A stretch of 64,000 bases of DNA, from positions 186,001 to 250,000 of the IMG/VR virus record IMGVR_UViG_3300044701_000569; one strand, written 5' to 3'. Positions within the stretch are counted from its first letter, which is position 1; every line of letters begins with the position of its first letter. Shown piece after piece: positions 28,534-37,408 of this stretch. The translations under genes and the position numbers were made by a program. Under the pieces are notes generated by a model, which worked only from the letters and a program-made list of their open reading frames with translations, did no database searches and was not told where the DNA came from.

Positions 28534-29276
28534 TATTTGCTCTGTGCTGGAAGGATGTAATCGTACTTGGCCAATCCGCTATCTACGGAAATCATCATAG
28601 CACCTTGGTCTGAAATGCTTACAGTTGACTCACCGTCTAAATTTAAAATAGCCTGCATTTGACTTACTGGCCAACTCCATGCATGCTTCAAACTACCCGA
28701 TACGTTGTTTTGGAATACAAACTTACCAGCATGTGTGCTAGCATCACCAAAGTAGAATACTAGATCAGTTACTCCGCCTGTTACTTCAGTCTTAACTGTA
28801 AAGATTGGCTCTTCAGAGTGTGCTGTACTCATTAGCTTCATACGCTGAATAGCTGCCATTGATGGCTTAAATTGAACATCCCAGCTAGCACCTTTGAACT
28901 TAACAGTCTTGAGCTTTTCTTCAATAATTGCCTTGTTCATAAAACGATAGTCGTTTTCAAAGTCGCCTGTTGCATTTTCAAAGTGAATATGCGTAGGAAT
29001 AGTTTCACCGTTCCTATCCGCACTAACAACTTCAATCTTTGCATTATCCTTGTACTCCGGATTCTTTAAGTGAAGTGCTAGCTTGTCTAGGTTAGGCATA
29101 CCAAACGTACCTGTAAATTCAGTTACTGCCTTGTGTGTTGACGATGTAAGAATAACGGAACGATCTTCTGCCATTGCGTCAATAGTAGTTGCGCCATTTT
29201 CGCTAGTAACCTTAACTAGGGATAAGAAGCCTAGTGAATGTGTATGAGCTACGATGTCTTGTAAAATGTCTTTCAT
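28533..29276 (-). CDS. DNA polymerase sliding clamp (gp45/PCNA-like)
   Basis: 247 aa alpha/beta ORF ending YDYILPA, near polB; a clamp loader is also in the window. Confidence 0.6.
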   Translation of the reverse strand: MKDILQDIVAHTHSLGFLSLVKVTSENGATTIDAMAEDRSVILTSSTHKAVTEFTGTFGMPNLDKLALHLKNPEYKDNAKIEVVSADRNGETIPTHIHFENATGDFENDYRFMNKAIIEEKLKTVKFKGASWDVQFKPSMAAIQRMKLMSTAHSEEPIFTVKTEVTGGVTDLVFYFGDASTHAGKFVFQNNVSGSLKHAWSWPVSQMQAILNLDGESTVSISDQGAMMISVDSGLAKYDYILPAQSK

Positions 29277-30025
29277 GGGTTTTCTCCTGTAATATATTGT
29301 AGTTTAACGTCTATGCCTTTATTTGTCAAGAAGTTTTCTACGGTGTATTTAGGTTTGAAGCCTAAACTGGTTAAAAATTTTATATCTGCCTGAGTGTGTG
29401 TTCTTTCGTGGGGTGTATATTCTTTAATTTTAAGATTTGGTGCGATGCTAGGGATATAGATACTAGTGCCAGTTCCAACATCTACAACACCTTTTAAGTC
29501 AGTATTTTCAATAAGGTATAGGAAAGCAGAACAAACATCTTCCAAATGAATAAAATCTCTATAATGCTTAGTTGCATATTCTAATCCTCCATTTAGTAGT
29601 TTGTCAAAAAACATGTCTTTACGGGGTGTGTCGCTGTATACAGTGTGTAGTCTAATTCCTAATGAATTAGAATGTTTGGCACCTATATATTCAACTAATA
29701 ATTTTGTTGCGGCATACGGGTTACGTTCGGGTTCATACGCAGAACTAGAACTAGCATAGATAATTCTAGTATTCTTAAATACTTCAAAGATTCGTCTACT
29801 ACCTTCTACGTTGTTATACCAATATGCACTAGGATTCTTAAGGCTTTGACGAACGCCGCTCTTTCCTGCTAGATGTATTACTAGATCAACTTCGTAGTCT
29901 AAACTACAGGTATTGATATCTTTGCCGTCTGCTAGATCAATGCCATATACTACATGATCTTTTTCCAAGACTTCTTTTAGTCTTGAGCCAACAAATCCTT
30001 TATGGCCTGTTAACAATATACGCAT
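29273..30025 (-). CDS. NAD-dependent epimerase/dehydratase
   Basis: TGHKGFVG, HLAG, ASSS, YAATK (YxxxK), RDFIHLED. Confidence 0.92.
   Translation of the reverse strand: MRILLTGHKGFVGSRLKEVLEKDHVVYGIDLADGKDINTCSLDYEVDLVIHLAGKSGVRQSLKNPSAYWYNNVEGSRRIFEVFKNTRIIYASSSSAYEPERNPYAATKLLVEYIGAKHSNSLGIRLHTVYSDTPRKDMFFDKLLNGGLEYATKHYRDFIHLEDVCSAFLYLIENTDLKGVVDVGTGTSIYIPSIAPNLKIKEYTPHERTHTQADIKFLTSLGFKPKYTVENFLTNKGIDVKLQYITGENP
29301..29329 (-). promoter_or_regulatory. Sigma70-like promoter for the clamp-TGT unit, inside the epimerase 3' end
   Basis: TTGACA-17-TAAACT, followed by AGGAG. Confidence 0.65.
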
Positions 30026-30026
30026 A

Positions 30027-30776
30027 TTATTTTCTTATTTTATTATTATAGTTTATTGCTTCTTGCATAACACTTAACTCAACACCTTCTAGTTCTGCGG
30101 TGTGCAGTAAAGCAGCAGTGTCTTTAGGAAAACAATGTCCTCCCCAACCTCTTGCAGAAGTAACATCAGTGTGACTAGCACCAATCCTTAGATCTTGACC
30201 CACACCAGCAGCAACATTTTTATAATTAACTCCGAATGCTTGGCATAGGTCATAAACTTGATTAAAGAAACTTACCTTGGTGGCTAGAAATGCATTTCTA
30301 AAATATTTTACAAGTATTAACTCTTCAGGCTGCATATGAACTGAAATTACCTTAGGAAATACTTTTCTAAAGGTAGCTTCCCAAAATGTAATATCATCTC
30401 CTGCATAGTACATATACTGTGTATTTCTAAAATCTCTTTCAGCAGTTTCTGCTCTAAGAAATTCTGGACTATATGTTAAGCTACGTTCTGAAAATGTTTC
30501 TTTAAGATAAAGCCAACCTTCTAAACTAATAGTACTGCGTATTAGAATTGGTATATCTTTAGGTGTATCTGTAATAACTTCATATACATTGTTTATGTTG
30601 CAAGCACCTGAAGGATGCTGAGGTGTATTAACACATATAATAACGGCATCAGTGGGATTGTCTTTAATTTTATCAGTACTAATTTTAGGATCTACTATAT
30701 TGATAGTAAAATGTTGCTTCATTAATTCAACATGAGACTTACCAACAAATCCGTATCCTGCTATTGTGATGTTCAT
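30027..30776 (-). CDS. UDP-glucose/GDP-mannose dehydrogenase family (lacks C-terminal domain)
   Basis: GYGFVG, ICVNTP, RST, SPEFLR, KYFRNAFLATKVSFFN, GGHCFPKD. Confidence 0.9.
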   Translation of the reverse strand: MNITIAGYGFVGKSHVELMKQHFTINIVDPKISTDKIKDNPTDAVIICVNTPQHPSGACNINNVYEVITDTPKDIPILIRSTISLEGWLYLKETFSERSLTYSPEFLRAETAERDFRNTQYMYYAGDDITFWEATFRKVFPKVISVHMQPEELILVKYFRNAFLATKVSFFNQVYDLCQAFGVNYKNVAAGVGQDLRIGASHTDVTSARGWGGHCFPKDTAALLHTAELEGVELSVMQEAINYNNKIRK

Positions 30777-31480
30777 AGTGCTATACCTTTTGATTGTAAT
30801 TCTCGAAGAGTTTTAAAAGTTTCTCTCCAGGATTTTACATAGAATGTATTTGTAACAACTTTTGCAATAGGGTAATCATTACCATTTATATCACATCTAT
30901 CACCGAAAAAATAAATGTTACTAATATCTTCAAAGTCTTTTAAAATTTGAGATTTATCTAAACCTTTTGGAAAAATATCAATTCCTGTTTCTCCGCCTAC
31001 TTTTGCTTCAAGTTTTAGAAACAATGAATTAAAATCTTTTGCTATTTTAATTCTTTCATCGGAACTATTATCCCATTTAACATATTCTGCTCTTTGCAGT
31101 TTATTGGCACCTCTACCAACAATGCTAAAATTACACATACCGGGACGATGTTCAAAATGAGTTCCTGTTCTAACTTTAAAATCGCTAGTCTTTAAATATT
31201 CTATCAAAAACGTTTCTGCTGCGTCTGGTAAATGCCATTCATTTGTATGAGTGTTAATACCTGACTCCCAGATATCATTCCCTGAACAGTTATATACTTT
31301 TCTAACAGTTTCACATATTTTTAAACCTAATTGCTCAACCGTTTTAGGATAATCACTACCAGTTACTAGATAGACTTCATTAGCAAAACAAAAGTCTAAA
31401 AAGTAAGACTGAAACATTCCGTCAATGCTGCTTCTACTTTCAGTCAAAGTTCCGTCTACGTCAAAAATAAATTGATTCAT
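30773..31480 (-). CDS. HAD-IIB phosphomannomutase-like
   Basis: FDVDGTLT, VTGSD, EHRPGMCNFSIVGR, GGETGIDIFP, FFGD...GNDY. Confidence 0.85.
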   Translation of the reverse strand: MNQFIFDVDGTLTESRSSIDGMFQSYFLDFCFANEVYLVTGSDYPKTVEQLGLKICETVRKVYNCSGNDIWESGINTHTNEWHLPDAAETFLIEYLKTSDFKVRTGTHFEHRPGMCNFSIVGRGANKLQRAEYVKWDNSSDERIKIAKDFNSLFLKLEAKVGGETGIDIFPKGLDKSQILKDFEDISNIYFFGDRCDINGNDYPIAKVVTNTFYVKSWRETFKTLRELQSKGIAL

Positions 31481-31902
31481 TGTGAATTTTTCATTTCCCT
31501 ATCTACTACTCTTTTTCTTAAATCACTAGAGCTGAATCGATGTTCTCGTTTATTGAAATAAAGTTGTATTCCTCTTTTCTTACAGATATCCTTACCTGTA
31601 AAATCTTTATCTCTATATTCTTCACCTAAAATCCTAACGTCAATATGATACATTGATAATATATCTTCAAGATCACCTTCTGATGAATAAGGAATTATTT
31701 CATCTACATAACCAACTGCTTTAAGTTGAGTATATCTTTCAACTACAGTTTGAATTGGTGAATTTTTAGTTGGCCTATCTAAGCTAGGATCAAACTGTAA
31801 TCCACATATCAAATAATCACACTGCTCCTTAGCTTCTCTAAGCATTTGAACATGACCTGCATGTAATAGGTCAAAAGTTGAACAAGTAAATCCTACTTTC
31901 AT
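31477..31902 (-). CDS. Glycerol-3-phosphate cytidylyltransferase-like (TagD)
   Basis: TFDLLHAGH, ERYTQL, RFSSSDLR. Confidence 0.88.
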   Translation of the reverse strand: MKVGFTCSTFDLLHAGHVQMLREAKEQCDYLICGLQFDPSLDRPTKNSPIQTVVERYTQLKAVGYVDEIIPYSSEGDLEDILSMYHIDVRILGEEYRDKDFTGKDICKKRGIQLYFNKREHRFSSSDLRKRVVDREMKNSQ

Positions 31903-32009
31903 AGTTTCATTTTATCTGCTAAATTTCTCAGCGCCGCGATAATTTCCTCAATTACATTAAGGTCACGATCTTGGTCTGTGTCTATTTCTATTTCTATTTT
32001 AATTTTCAT
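31899..32009 (-). CDS. Small hypothetical protein (36 aa, not in ORF track)
   Basis: MKIKIEIEIDTDQDRDLNVIEEIIAALRNLADKMKL; GGAG upstream; fills the gap with an ATGA overlap. Confidence 0.6.
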   Translation of the reverse strand: MKIKIEIEIDTDQDRDLNVIEEIIAALRNLADKMKL

Positions 32010-32010
32010 T

Positions 32011-34701
32011 TTATTCTCCGAAGTCAAATAAACTTGAGAAAGTATTGTGCTGCTTTGTATCTTCTAAACTATAGTTTAGAACTCCAATCAAGTTATCCAA
32101 CTTATTGTCAATAATTGTTTCTTCCATAGCACTATCATCAAATGGAAGTTCTTTGAACCAATCAGGCAATCTTAGTTCATCAACTGGGTATGCAACTGAA
32201 GTATATCCTAACGGATTGTCCTTTACTTTACATACAATTACCTTCATACCGTCAACAATTTCCATTGAGTATCTATCACCGTTCATACGTTTTAGTGTAT
32301 TCCAGTTGATACTTGCACGGACATGTCCAGGCATGTTAGCTTTGCCTTTCTTTTGCTCTTCTCTCTGATAGTGACCAATTTTGTTTGCTCTCTTTGGTGA
32401 ACCTTTTTCCCATCCTGGACGTTCTTTGAACACCTGTCTAAAAGCAGTAATACGTTCAATAACTTCCTTTTCTTCCTTACCGGTCAATACCATTAGAAGT
32501 ACTTCACTTAGAAACTCCTGCATAAACACAGGAGTATCTGATCGACGAAGATCTAAACCCATAGCTTTTACTTTGCCTGGTTTGCCATCCACATCTTTTC
32601 TAGTACCTTCTTGATCGTATACTAATGCTGCATAGCGTTTCTTAGTAATATACAATCCGCTTTCTGCTACAATTTCTCTGCCTGCTGCAATAACATCTGC
32701 ACGACTCTTAGGACAGTGAAACGCCTTGCCCATAAATTCTGGGAACGTCTTATTAGCTTCTTCACTTACTTGATCGTAAAGCATTGTGATATTTTCTTTA
32801 CTCCAAGGTATACGTCCTGCATCAATGTCTTCTTTGAGTGTTGTATAAGCACTAAAGTATACAGAGTCAGTATCACCATAGATAACAGCGTTACCTACGT
32901 GATCATATGTGCCTGTAATGATTTCATTTACCTTAGAAGCCATGTGCTTGGCAATTTGACGTCCTGTGAGCGTAGTTGATTGTCCAATGCGTTTATCAAA
33001 GAACCTGCAACCAGGGTTAAGAATAGCACCATACAAACTGTTAAGGTTAATCTTTTTAACAAGCTGACGCTTATCCCAGAACGCAATTTCTGTATCATTA
33101 CCGGCCTCCTGAGCCTTCTTTTTCATAGCCTGGAGTTCTTTACGTTCAGCGTACCAACGCTTTAGTAGTCCAGGGATAACACCTTCATATTCTGTTGTAA
33201 AAATAGTTCCGTTGGCACTGAGCATCCAAGGCATGTGACTGTCAAAGATTAGCTTGAATATTTCAGCACCACTTAGTACGTCACTTCTGCCATCTTCCCA
33301 GTCAACTGTAATTGCAACATCTTTACGTTGGGTAATTACTGCTTCGTATTCTTCAGAACCAAACCTACCTTCCCAGCTATTAGCAAAGCTCATCTTTTTA
33401 AGATTTGTGTCTTCGTGGATACGTGCATCAGTAAGTGTAGAACGTAACTGCCCAACGATTGTCTCTGGTGCCATGTTTAGCGCACGAATTACGGATGGAT
33501 ACAGACTGTTCAAGTCCATTGACGCAATCCATTTATGTAATCCTACTTTTGGATAAGCAACATACGCACCTGCGGCTTGAGTATTCTCGTCATCCTGTTT
33601 GGGACGATTAGGAACCTGTAGTCCTCTGTTGTGAGCTTCATTGATAATAGCCTGTTCTGTAACAGCTACAGCACCCATTGTAGTTTGTAGTAGTACAGTA
33701 TTTGCATGAGCAAGTTCGTTTGATAAATCAATGAACCTTAGCTTCTTATCAAGTTTGTCCAGTAGTGCAACGTCCTGTCTGTTGTATTCAATGAACGTTC
33801 TAAAATCGTTGTTGTACAACTGATCCAGTGTGCCTTCATAAACAGTCTTGTTTTCACCAATCTCCATTTCGCCAATGGCATCTAGTCGATAGCTGTGACG
33901 TTCTTCATAAGTATACTTTCGATACAGTTCAAGACTGTCTAAGTGTACACGACCTACAAAGTCAAATGTTTCAGCAGTCTTGCCATACTTTTCGTATTCA
34001 CGTTTCTTAGGTAATTGACCCCACAAGCAGAATCTGCGTGTATCATCCTTGCTTAACATCCTAGCAACACGATTTACAGTATAAGGAACGTCATAGCCTT
34101 CTGAGTTCCAACCGCTTACAATGTCTGCATCCTCAATCAAGTCAAGAAATGTTTTAAGCATTTCTCGCTCGCCGTTGCCATCCTTGTCATTCTCAAAGAG
34201 AATAATGTTGTCACCCCATTCCGTACACATTTCTCTAGCTTGATCCATAGTCAGTCCTTTGGGTGGAACTGCTAGAGTAATCAATGCATTGAGCCACTGT
34301 AGGCATACAGTGATAGCTGTAATGGGCATGAATGGGTCTGAAGGATCAGCGAATCCTCGTTCCGGATCAAAGTCCGTCTCAATATCCCAGAATGCAATGT
34401 TTAGCTTTGGTGCATCCTGATTGAGATAGTTCTCACTGAGACATTGGAATATAGGGTTGATATCGCTTTCATACAACTTCTTACTGTTGTTGATAGCTAG
34501 TTCTTTGCGGAAGTCTTTAGTGTTTTTACAAACAATACGACTTAGCTGAGTACCATACACACTCTTATATTTGCCCTTGGGGTCTTCATAGTAAAAGGTG
34601 TATTTTACTGGGTGTTCTGTAAAGCGTCTTTTACCGTCTTTACGTTCAACGATTCTGATGATATCAGAATCTCTGTCAAAAATTGCATCTACGTAACTCA
34701 A
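32011..34701 (-). CDS. Family B DNA polymerase (T4 gp43-like)
   Basis: Exo motifs DIET, GWNSEGYD, YNRQD; pol motifs DLNSLYPS, KINLNSLYG, YGDTDS, KKRY. TTG start with GGAGG. Confidence 0.97.
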   Translation of the reverse strand: MSYVDAIFDRDSDIIRIVERKDGKRRFTEHPVKYTFYYEDPKGKYKSVYGTQLSRIVCKNTKDFRKELAINNSKKLYESDINPIFQCLSENYLNQDAPKLNIAFWDIETDFDPERGFADPSDPFMPITAITVCLQWLNALITLAVPPKGLTMDQAREMCTEWGDNIILFENDKDGNGEREMLKTFLDLIEDADIVSGWNSEGYDVPYTVNRVARMLSKDDTRRFCLWGQLPKKREYEKYGKTAETFDFVGRVHLDSLELYRKYTYEERHSYRLDAIGEMEIGENKTVYEGTLDQLYNNDFRTFIEYNRQDVALLDKLDKKLRFIDLSNELAHANTVLLQTTMGAVAVTEQAIINEAHNRGLQVPNRPKQDDENTQAAGAYVAYPKVGLHKWIASMDLNSLYPSVIRALNMAPETIVGQLRSTLTDARIHEDTNLKKMSFANSWEGRFGSEEYEAVITQRKDVAITVDWEDGRSDVLSGAEIFKLIFDSHMPWMLSANGTIFTTEYEGVIPGLLKRWYAERKELQAMKKKAQEAGNDTEIAFWDKRQLVKKINLNSLYGAILNPGCRFFDKRIGQSTTLTGRQIAKHMASKVNEIITGTYDHVGNAVIYGDTDSVYFSAYTTLKEDIDAGRIPWSKENITMLYDQVSEEANKTFPEFMGKAFHCPKSRADVIAAGREIVAESGLYITKKRYAALVYDQEGTRKDVDGKPGKVKAMGLDLRRSDTPVFMQEFLSEVLLMVLTGKEEKEVIERITAFRQVFKERPGWEKGSPKRANKIGHYQREEQKKGKANMPGHVRASINWNTLKRMNGDRYSMEIVDGMKVIVCKVKDNPLGYTSVAYPVDELRLPDWFKELPFDDSAMEETIIDNKLDNLIGVLNYSLEDTKQHNTFSSLFDFGE

Positions 34702-34711
34702 ATCTGCCTCC

Positions 34712-34729
34712 CGTTGCTTGTGGCCAACG
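34712..34729 (-). promoter_or_regulatory. 5-bp-stem / 8-nt-loop hairpin directly 5' of the polymerase SD (candidate translational operator)
   Basis: CGTTG-GCCACAAG-CAACG followed by GGAGG. Confidence 0.45.
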
Positions 34730-34799
34730 CTGCCGTACTACATGCTCGTAAAGTGAGCGACTCTGAAATATTTAGTACCGCTGTTACACGGCACTAAAA

Positions 34800-35060
34800 T
34801 TATTTGTCATAGCCAAGTGTTGAAACTAGTGTTTCTAGATCTTCAAACGAATCGGCATACTTGTCCCAGTCACGCTTTTGGGCAATCTTAATTGCCTTAG
34901 TAATTAGTGCTGGTTTAATGTCTAATTCTTCTGCAACTGCCTTAACAGTTTCCTTAAGACCTTCCTGCAAGTCTTCAATTTCTTGAAGTACAGTAATGCC
35001 TTCTCTAACTAGACGCTCTAGCTTTGCCTTTTCTTCTGCACCATAGGTACGATCGCTCAT
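34800..35060 (-). CDS. dsDNA-binding protein (T4 DsbA / GapR-like)
   Basis: 86 aa helical ORF with pattern L..LV.E...L.EI.DL...LKE.VK...EE.DI.P..I.KAIK. Confidence 0.55.
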   Translation of the reverse strand: MSDRTYGAEEKAKLERLVREGITVLQEIEDLQEGLKETVKAVAEELDIKPALITKAIKIAQKRDWDKYADSFEDLETLVSTLGYDK

Positions 35061-35085
35061 CGGTAATCCTCCGTTAATAGTAATA

Positions 35086-35114
35086 ATTATATAGTGATTT
35101 AGTATTTAGAGCAA
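35086..35114 (-). promoter_or_regulatory. Sigma70-like promoter with TAAATA in the spacer
   Basis: TTGCTC-17-TATAAT. Confidence 0.6.
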
Positions 35115-35122
35115 GAGATATT

Positions 35123-35734
35123 TTAAAGAGACTTAAGAGTTCTCTCAGCAAATGTCCAGCCAAATATCTCTTTGGCTTTCCAATCATTCTGTTTGAAACC
35201 TTCAAGATTGGACCATTCACTTTCTTTTGCTATAATATGTTTACTTATGCTTTCCCAGTCTGTGCTGAGAATTTTTTCTTGAATAGATTCTTTCATTTCA
35301 ACTATTTCGTTAAAATGATAACTGTCCCATTCGATATGCACTATTTCCCAAATGCTTCCGCGGTCATCAATATAGTCAAGTGCAAAGTCAAAGCCCCACT
35401 TCTTTTTTGATTTTAACAACATCTGAGCTTTTGGATTTTGAGTCATAAGATCTGTAATTTCATTTCTTGCATCATCTGCAAAGTCACAGCGATGTAATAG
35501 CATACAATGATCTAGAATAAATTTAGGATGCTGAATATTCATCCATGTGTCTTGCCAACACAAGTGATACAAACATTCAGTAAGGGGAAAATTCATTGCA
35601 GCATATAATTTTTTTTCTGCTGCACATAGTTCAAAACCGTCTTTGTCGTACCAACGAAAATCTTCAGGTATTAGATTTGCAGTTTTGGTACAGGTTATAT
35701 CTTTTGTAAAATTATTGACAACAAGATCAAACAT
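35123..35734 (-). CDS. Hypothetical protein
   Basis: 203 aa ORF. Confidence 0.7.
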   Translation of the reverse strand: MFDLVVNNFTKDITCTKTANLIPEDFRWYDKDGFELCAAEKKLYAAMNFPLTECLYHLCWQDTWMNIQHPKFILDHCMLLHRCDFADDARNEITDLMTQNPKAQMLLKSKKKWGFDFALDYIDDRGSIWEIVHIEWDSYHFNEIVEMKESIQEKILSTDWESISKHIIAKESEWSNLEGFKQNDWKAKEIFGWTFAERTLKSL

Positions 35735-36536
35735 CGTCTTTATTCAACGCTGCCCACAGTCTGTCTTTGATAGATTCAGTAGCATAATCTTTCTTATGCT
35801 TTTCTTTGCCTATTTTTGCATCATACTTCTTGTCTTTATGAGTGCCACCTGCGCCACTGGTACGCTTTGCTAACATAGTGCGCCAGTTAGGATCTCTCTG
35901 CTTAGGTGCTTGCACTTTCATGTTATCTGCCTCTTCTATGCCTTCATCTTTAACGTATAGTTTTGGATCAGCCTTTTTCATTAGTTCTATGAACTCTCTT
36001 TTAAGCTCTCTTTCACTGGTAAAGATTTTTTCTAGAGCATACTTAAAAGGTTCTAATTTTGACTGTAGCTTAGGATGCAGTACGCTAGATGAGCTACTCT
36101 GCTTTGCCGTAGCAGGTCGTTTAACGTTGCCGCCTGTAAAGAAATCTCCAACGCCTTTTTCTAAAGCACCAGGGTCGTAATCTTTTACACCCTGTTGCAT
36201 TTGGTCTAGAGGACCTTCACCTACTAGTCTGTCTTTAAATGGATGCTTGGTTCTGCCTGGTTCTGCCTTGGGTTTTGGTTCATTACCTCTAACCTTATCA
36301 GCAGCTTTTTGCTGGCTTTCATTAATAGCAACACCTGCTAGTTTAGCAAAGTCTGCTATGCTGTCAATCTCTAATGGCAACGAACCTTTGGAAACATTTA
36401 CTGTTTCGTTTAGGTAATCTTTAGTTGGGGGGACATTCGCAGGACCTCTAGCTGCTTCCTGCAACTTTTTCAAATCTTCTCTAGGATCACTAGGATCTAT
36501 TTCAAATAGTTTACGTTGCAGTGCATGGAAGTCCAT
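35727..36536 (-). CDS. Lys-rich modular protein, probable head-internal protein
   Basis: Basic modules separated by LNE/INE/VGE/IEE-type sites. Confidence 0.6.
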   Translation of the reverse strand: MDFHALQRKLFEIDPSDPREDLKKLQEAARGPANVPPTKDYLNETVNVSKGSLPLEIDSIADFAKLAGVAINESQQKAADKVRGNEPKPKAEPGRTKHPFKDRLVGEGPLDQMQQGVKDYDPGALEKGVGDFFTGGNVKRPATAKQSSSSSVLHPKLQSKLEPFKYALEKIFTSERELKREFIELMKKADPKLYVKDEGIEEADNMKVQAPKQRDPNWRTMLAKRTSGAGGTHKDKKYDAKIGKEKHKKDYATESIKDRLWAALNKDDV

Positions 36537-36538
36537 GA

Positions 36539-37201
36539 TTAATCCTTCTTAACGTGCTCAGGCTTACCTTTGTGCTTGGTAGCAGCATAATCTTTAGCAT
36601 CTGCCTTGCTCATACCTTTAGCAGCTTTAGCAACATCAGGACTTGCAGCTGGTTCACCTTTCTTAGCAGCATATACCATACCCATGAACTTTTGTTGAGC
36701 CTTACTCTTTGCTTTTTCTGTTACTTGAGCGTGTAGTCTTGCTTTGAAAGGATCTTCCTTTAGGCGGCCATCCTTTTCTGCACTCTTGAGCATAGCAACA
36801 CGATCTTTGTAACCTTTGATACCTGGCTTAATATCTTTAGCAGCCTTCTTCTCGCCTGCTGTTGGATCTTTAACATGCTTCATTGTAGTTTTAGACTGAT
36901 GGCTAGCAGCTTCGCCTACCTGTATTTCCATTTCAGGACCTGCTCCGCCACCGTCAGCACCAAACTTCATTTCGTAGTCTAGATTGTGATATACTGAGCC
37001 AATGTAATCTGCTGACTTGGTGATCTTGCTTTGTACCCAACCTTCAAGACCCTGTTCTTCAGAAACATTCTTAAGCATTTCGTGCAGTTTGATAGCGTAC
37101 TTGGCAATTTTATAAAGCTCTGCACGAGCCATTTGTACTTCATGGTCTCTTTCAGCAGCGCCAGCTAGATCAGCTAAACCTTCTTTAATTTTATCTGTCA
37201 T
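36539..37201 (-). CDS. Lys-rich modular protein with C-terminal DUF3008-like module
   Basis: KAKSKAQQKFMG...A..MSK.DAKDYA.TKHKG.PE; TAAATA at 37232-37237. Confidence 0.65.
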   Translation of the reverse strand: MTDKIKEGLADLAGAAERDHEVQMARAELYKIAKYAIKLHEMLKNVSEEQGLEGWVQSKITKSADYIGSVYHNLDYEMKFGADGGGAGPEMEIQVGEAASHQSKTTMKHVKDPTAGEKKAAKDIKPGIKGYKDRVAMLKSAEKDGRLKEDPFKARLHAQVTEKAKSKAQQKFMGMVYAAKKGEPAASPDVAKAAKGMSKADAKDYAATKHKGKPEHVKKD

Positions 37202-37234
37202 ATTTTTAACTCCAATGAGGCATTGATGTAGTAT

Positions 37235-37408
37235 TTATCGTTTAACTAACTTGCCACCAAATAAACTAACACCCTTCATATCTAGAGCATTATCTGTAGG
37301 TTTTTGTTTTTTAGGTTTCTTTTTACTGTGAGGGTTAGCTACTGCGGCTACACTTCCTGCGCTAGTAGCACCTGCACTAGCAGTTTCTATTAATTCTCTT
37401 AGTCTCAT
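37235..37408 (-). CDS. Small basic protein (57 aa, not in ORF track)
   Basis: MRLRELIE-TASAGATSAGSVAAVANPHSKKKPKK...; ATGA-coupled to the upstream gene. Confidence 0.7.
   Translation of the reverse strand: MRLRELIETASAGATSAGSVAAVANPHSKKKPKKQKPTDNALDMKGVSLFGGKLVKR

Noticed and set aside
32011-34701. Intein or intron in the DNA polymerase
   Set aside because: Length (896 aa) and motif spacing are normal; no splice or homing-endonuclease motifs.
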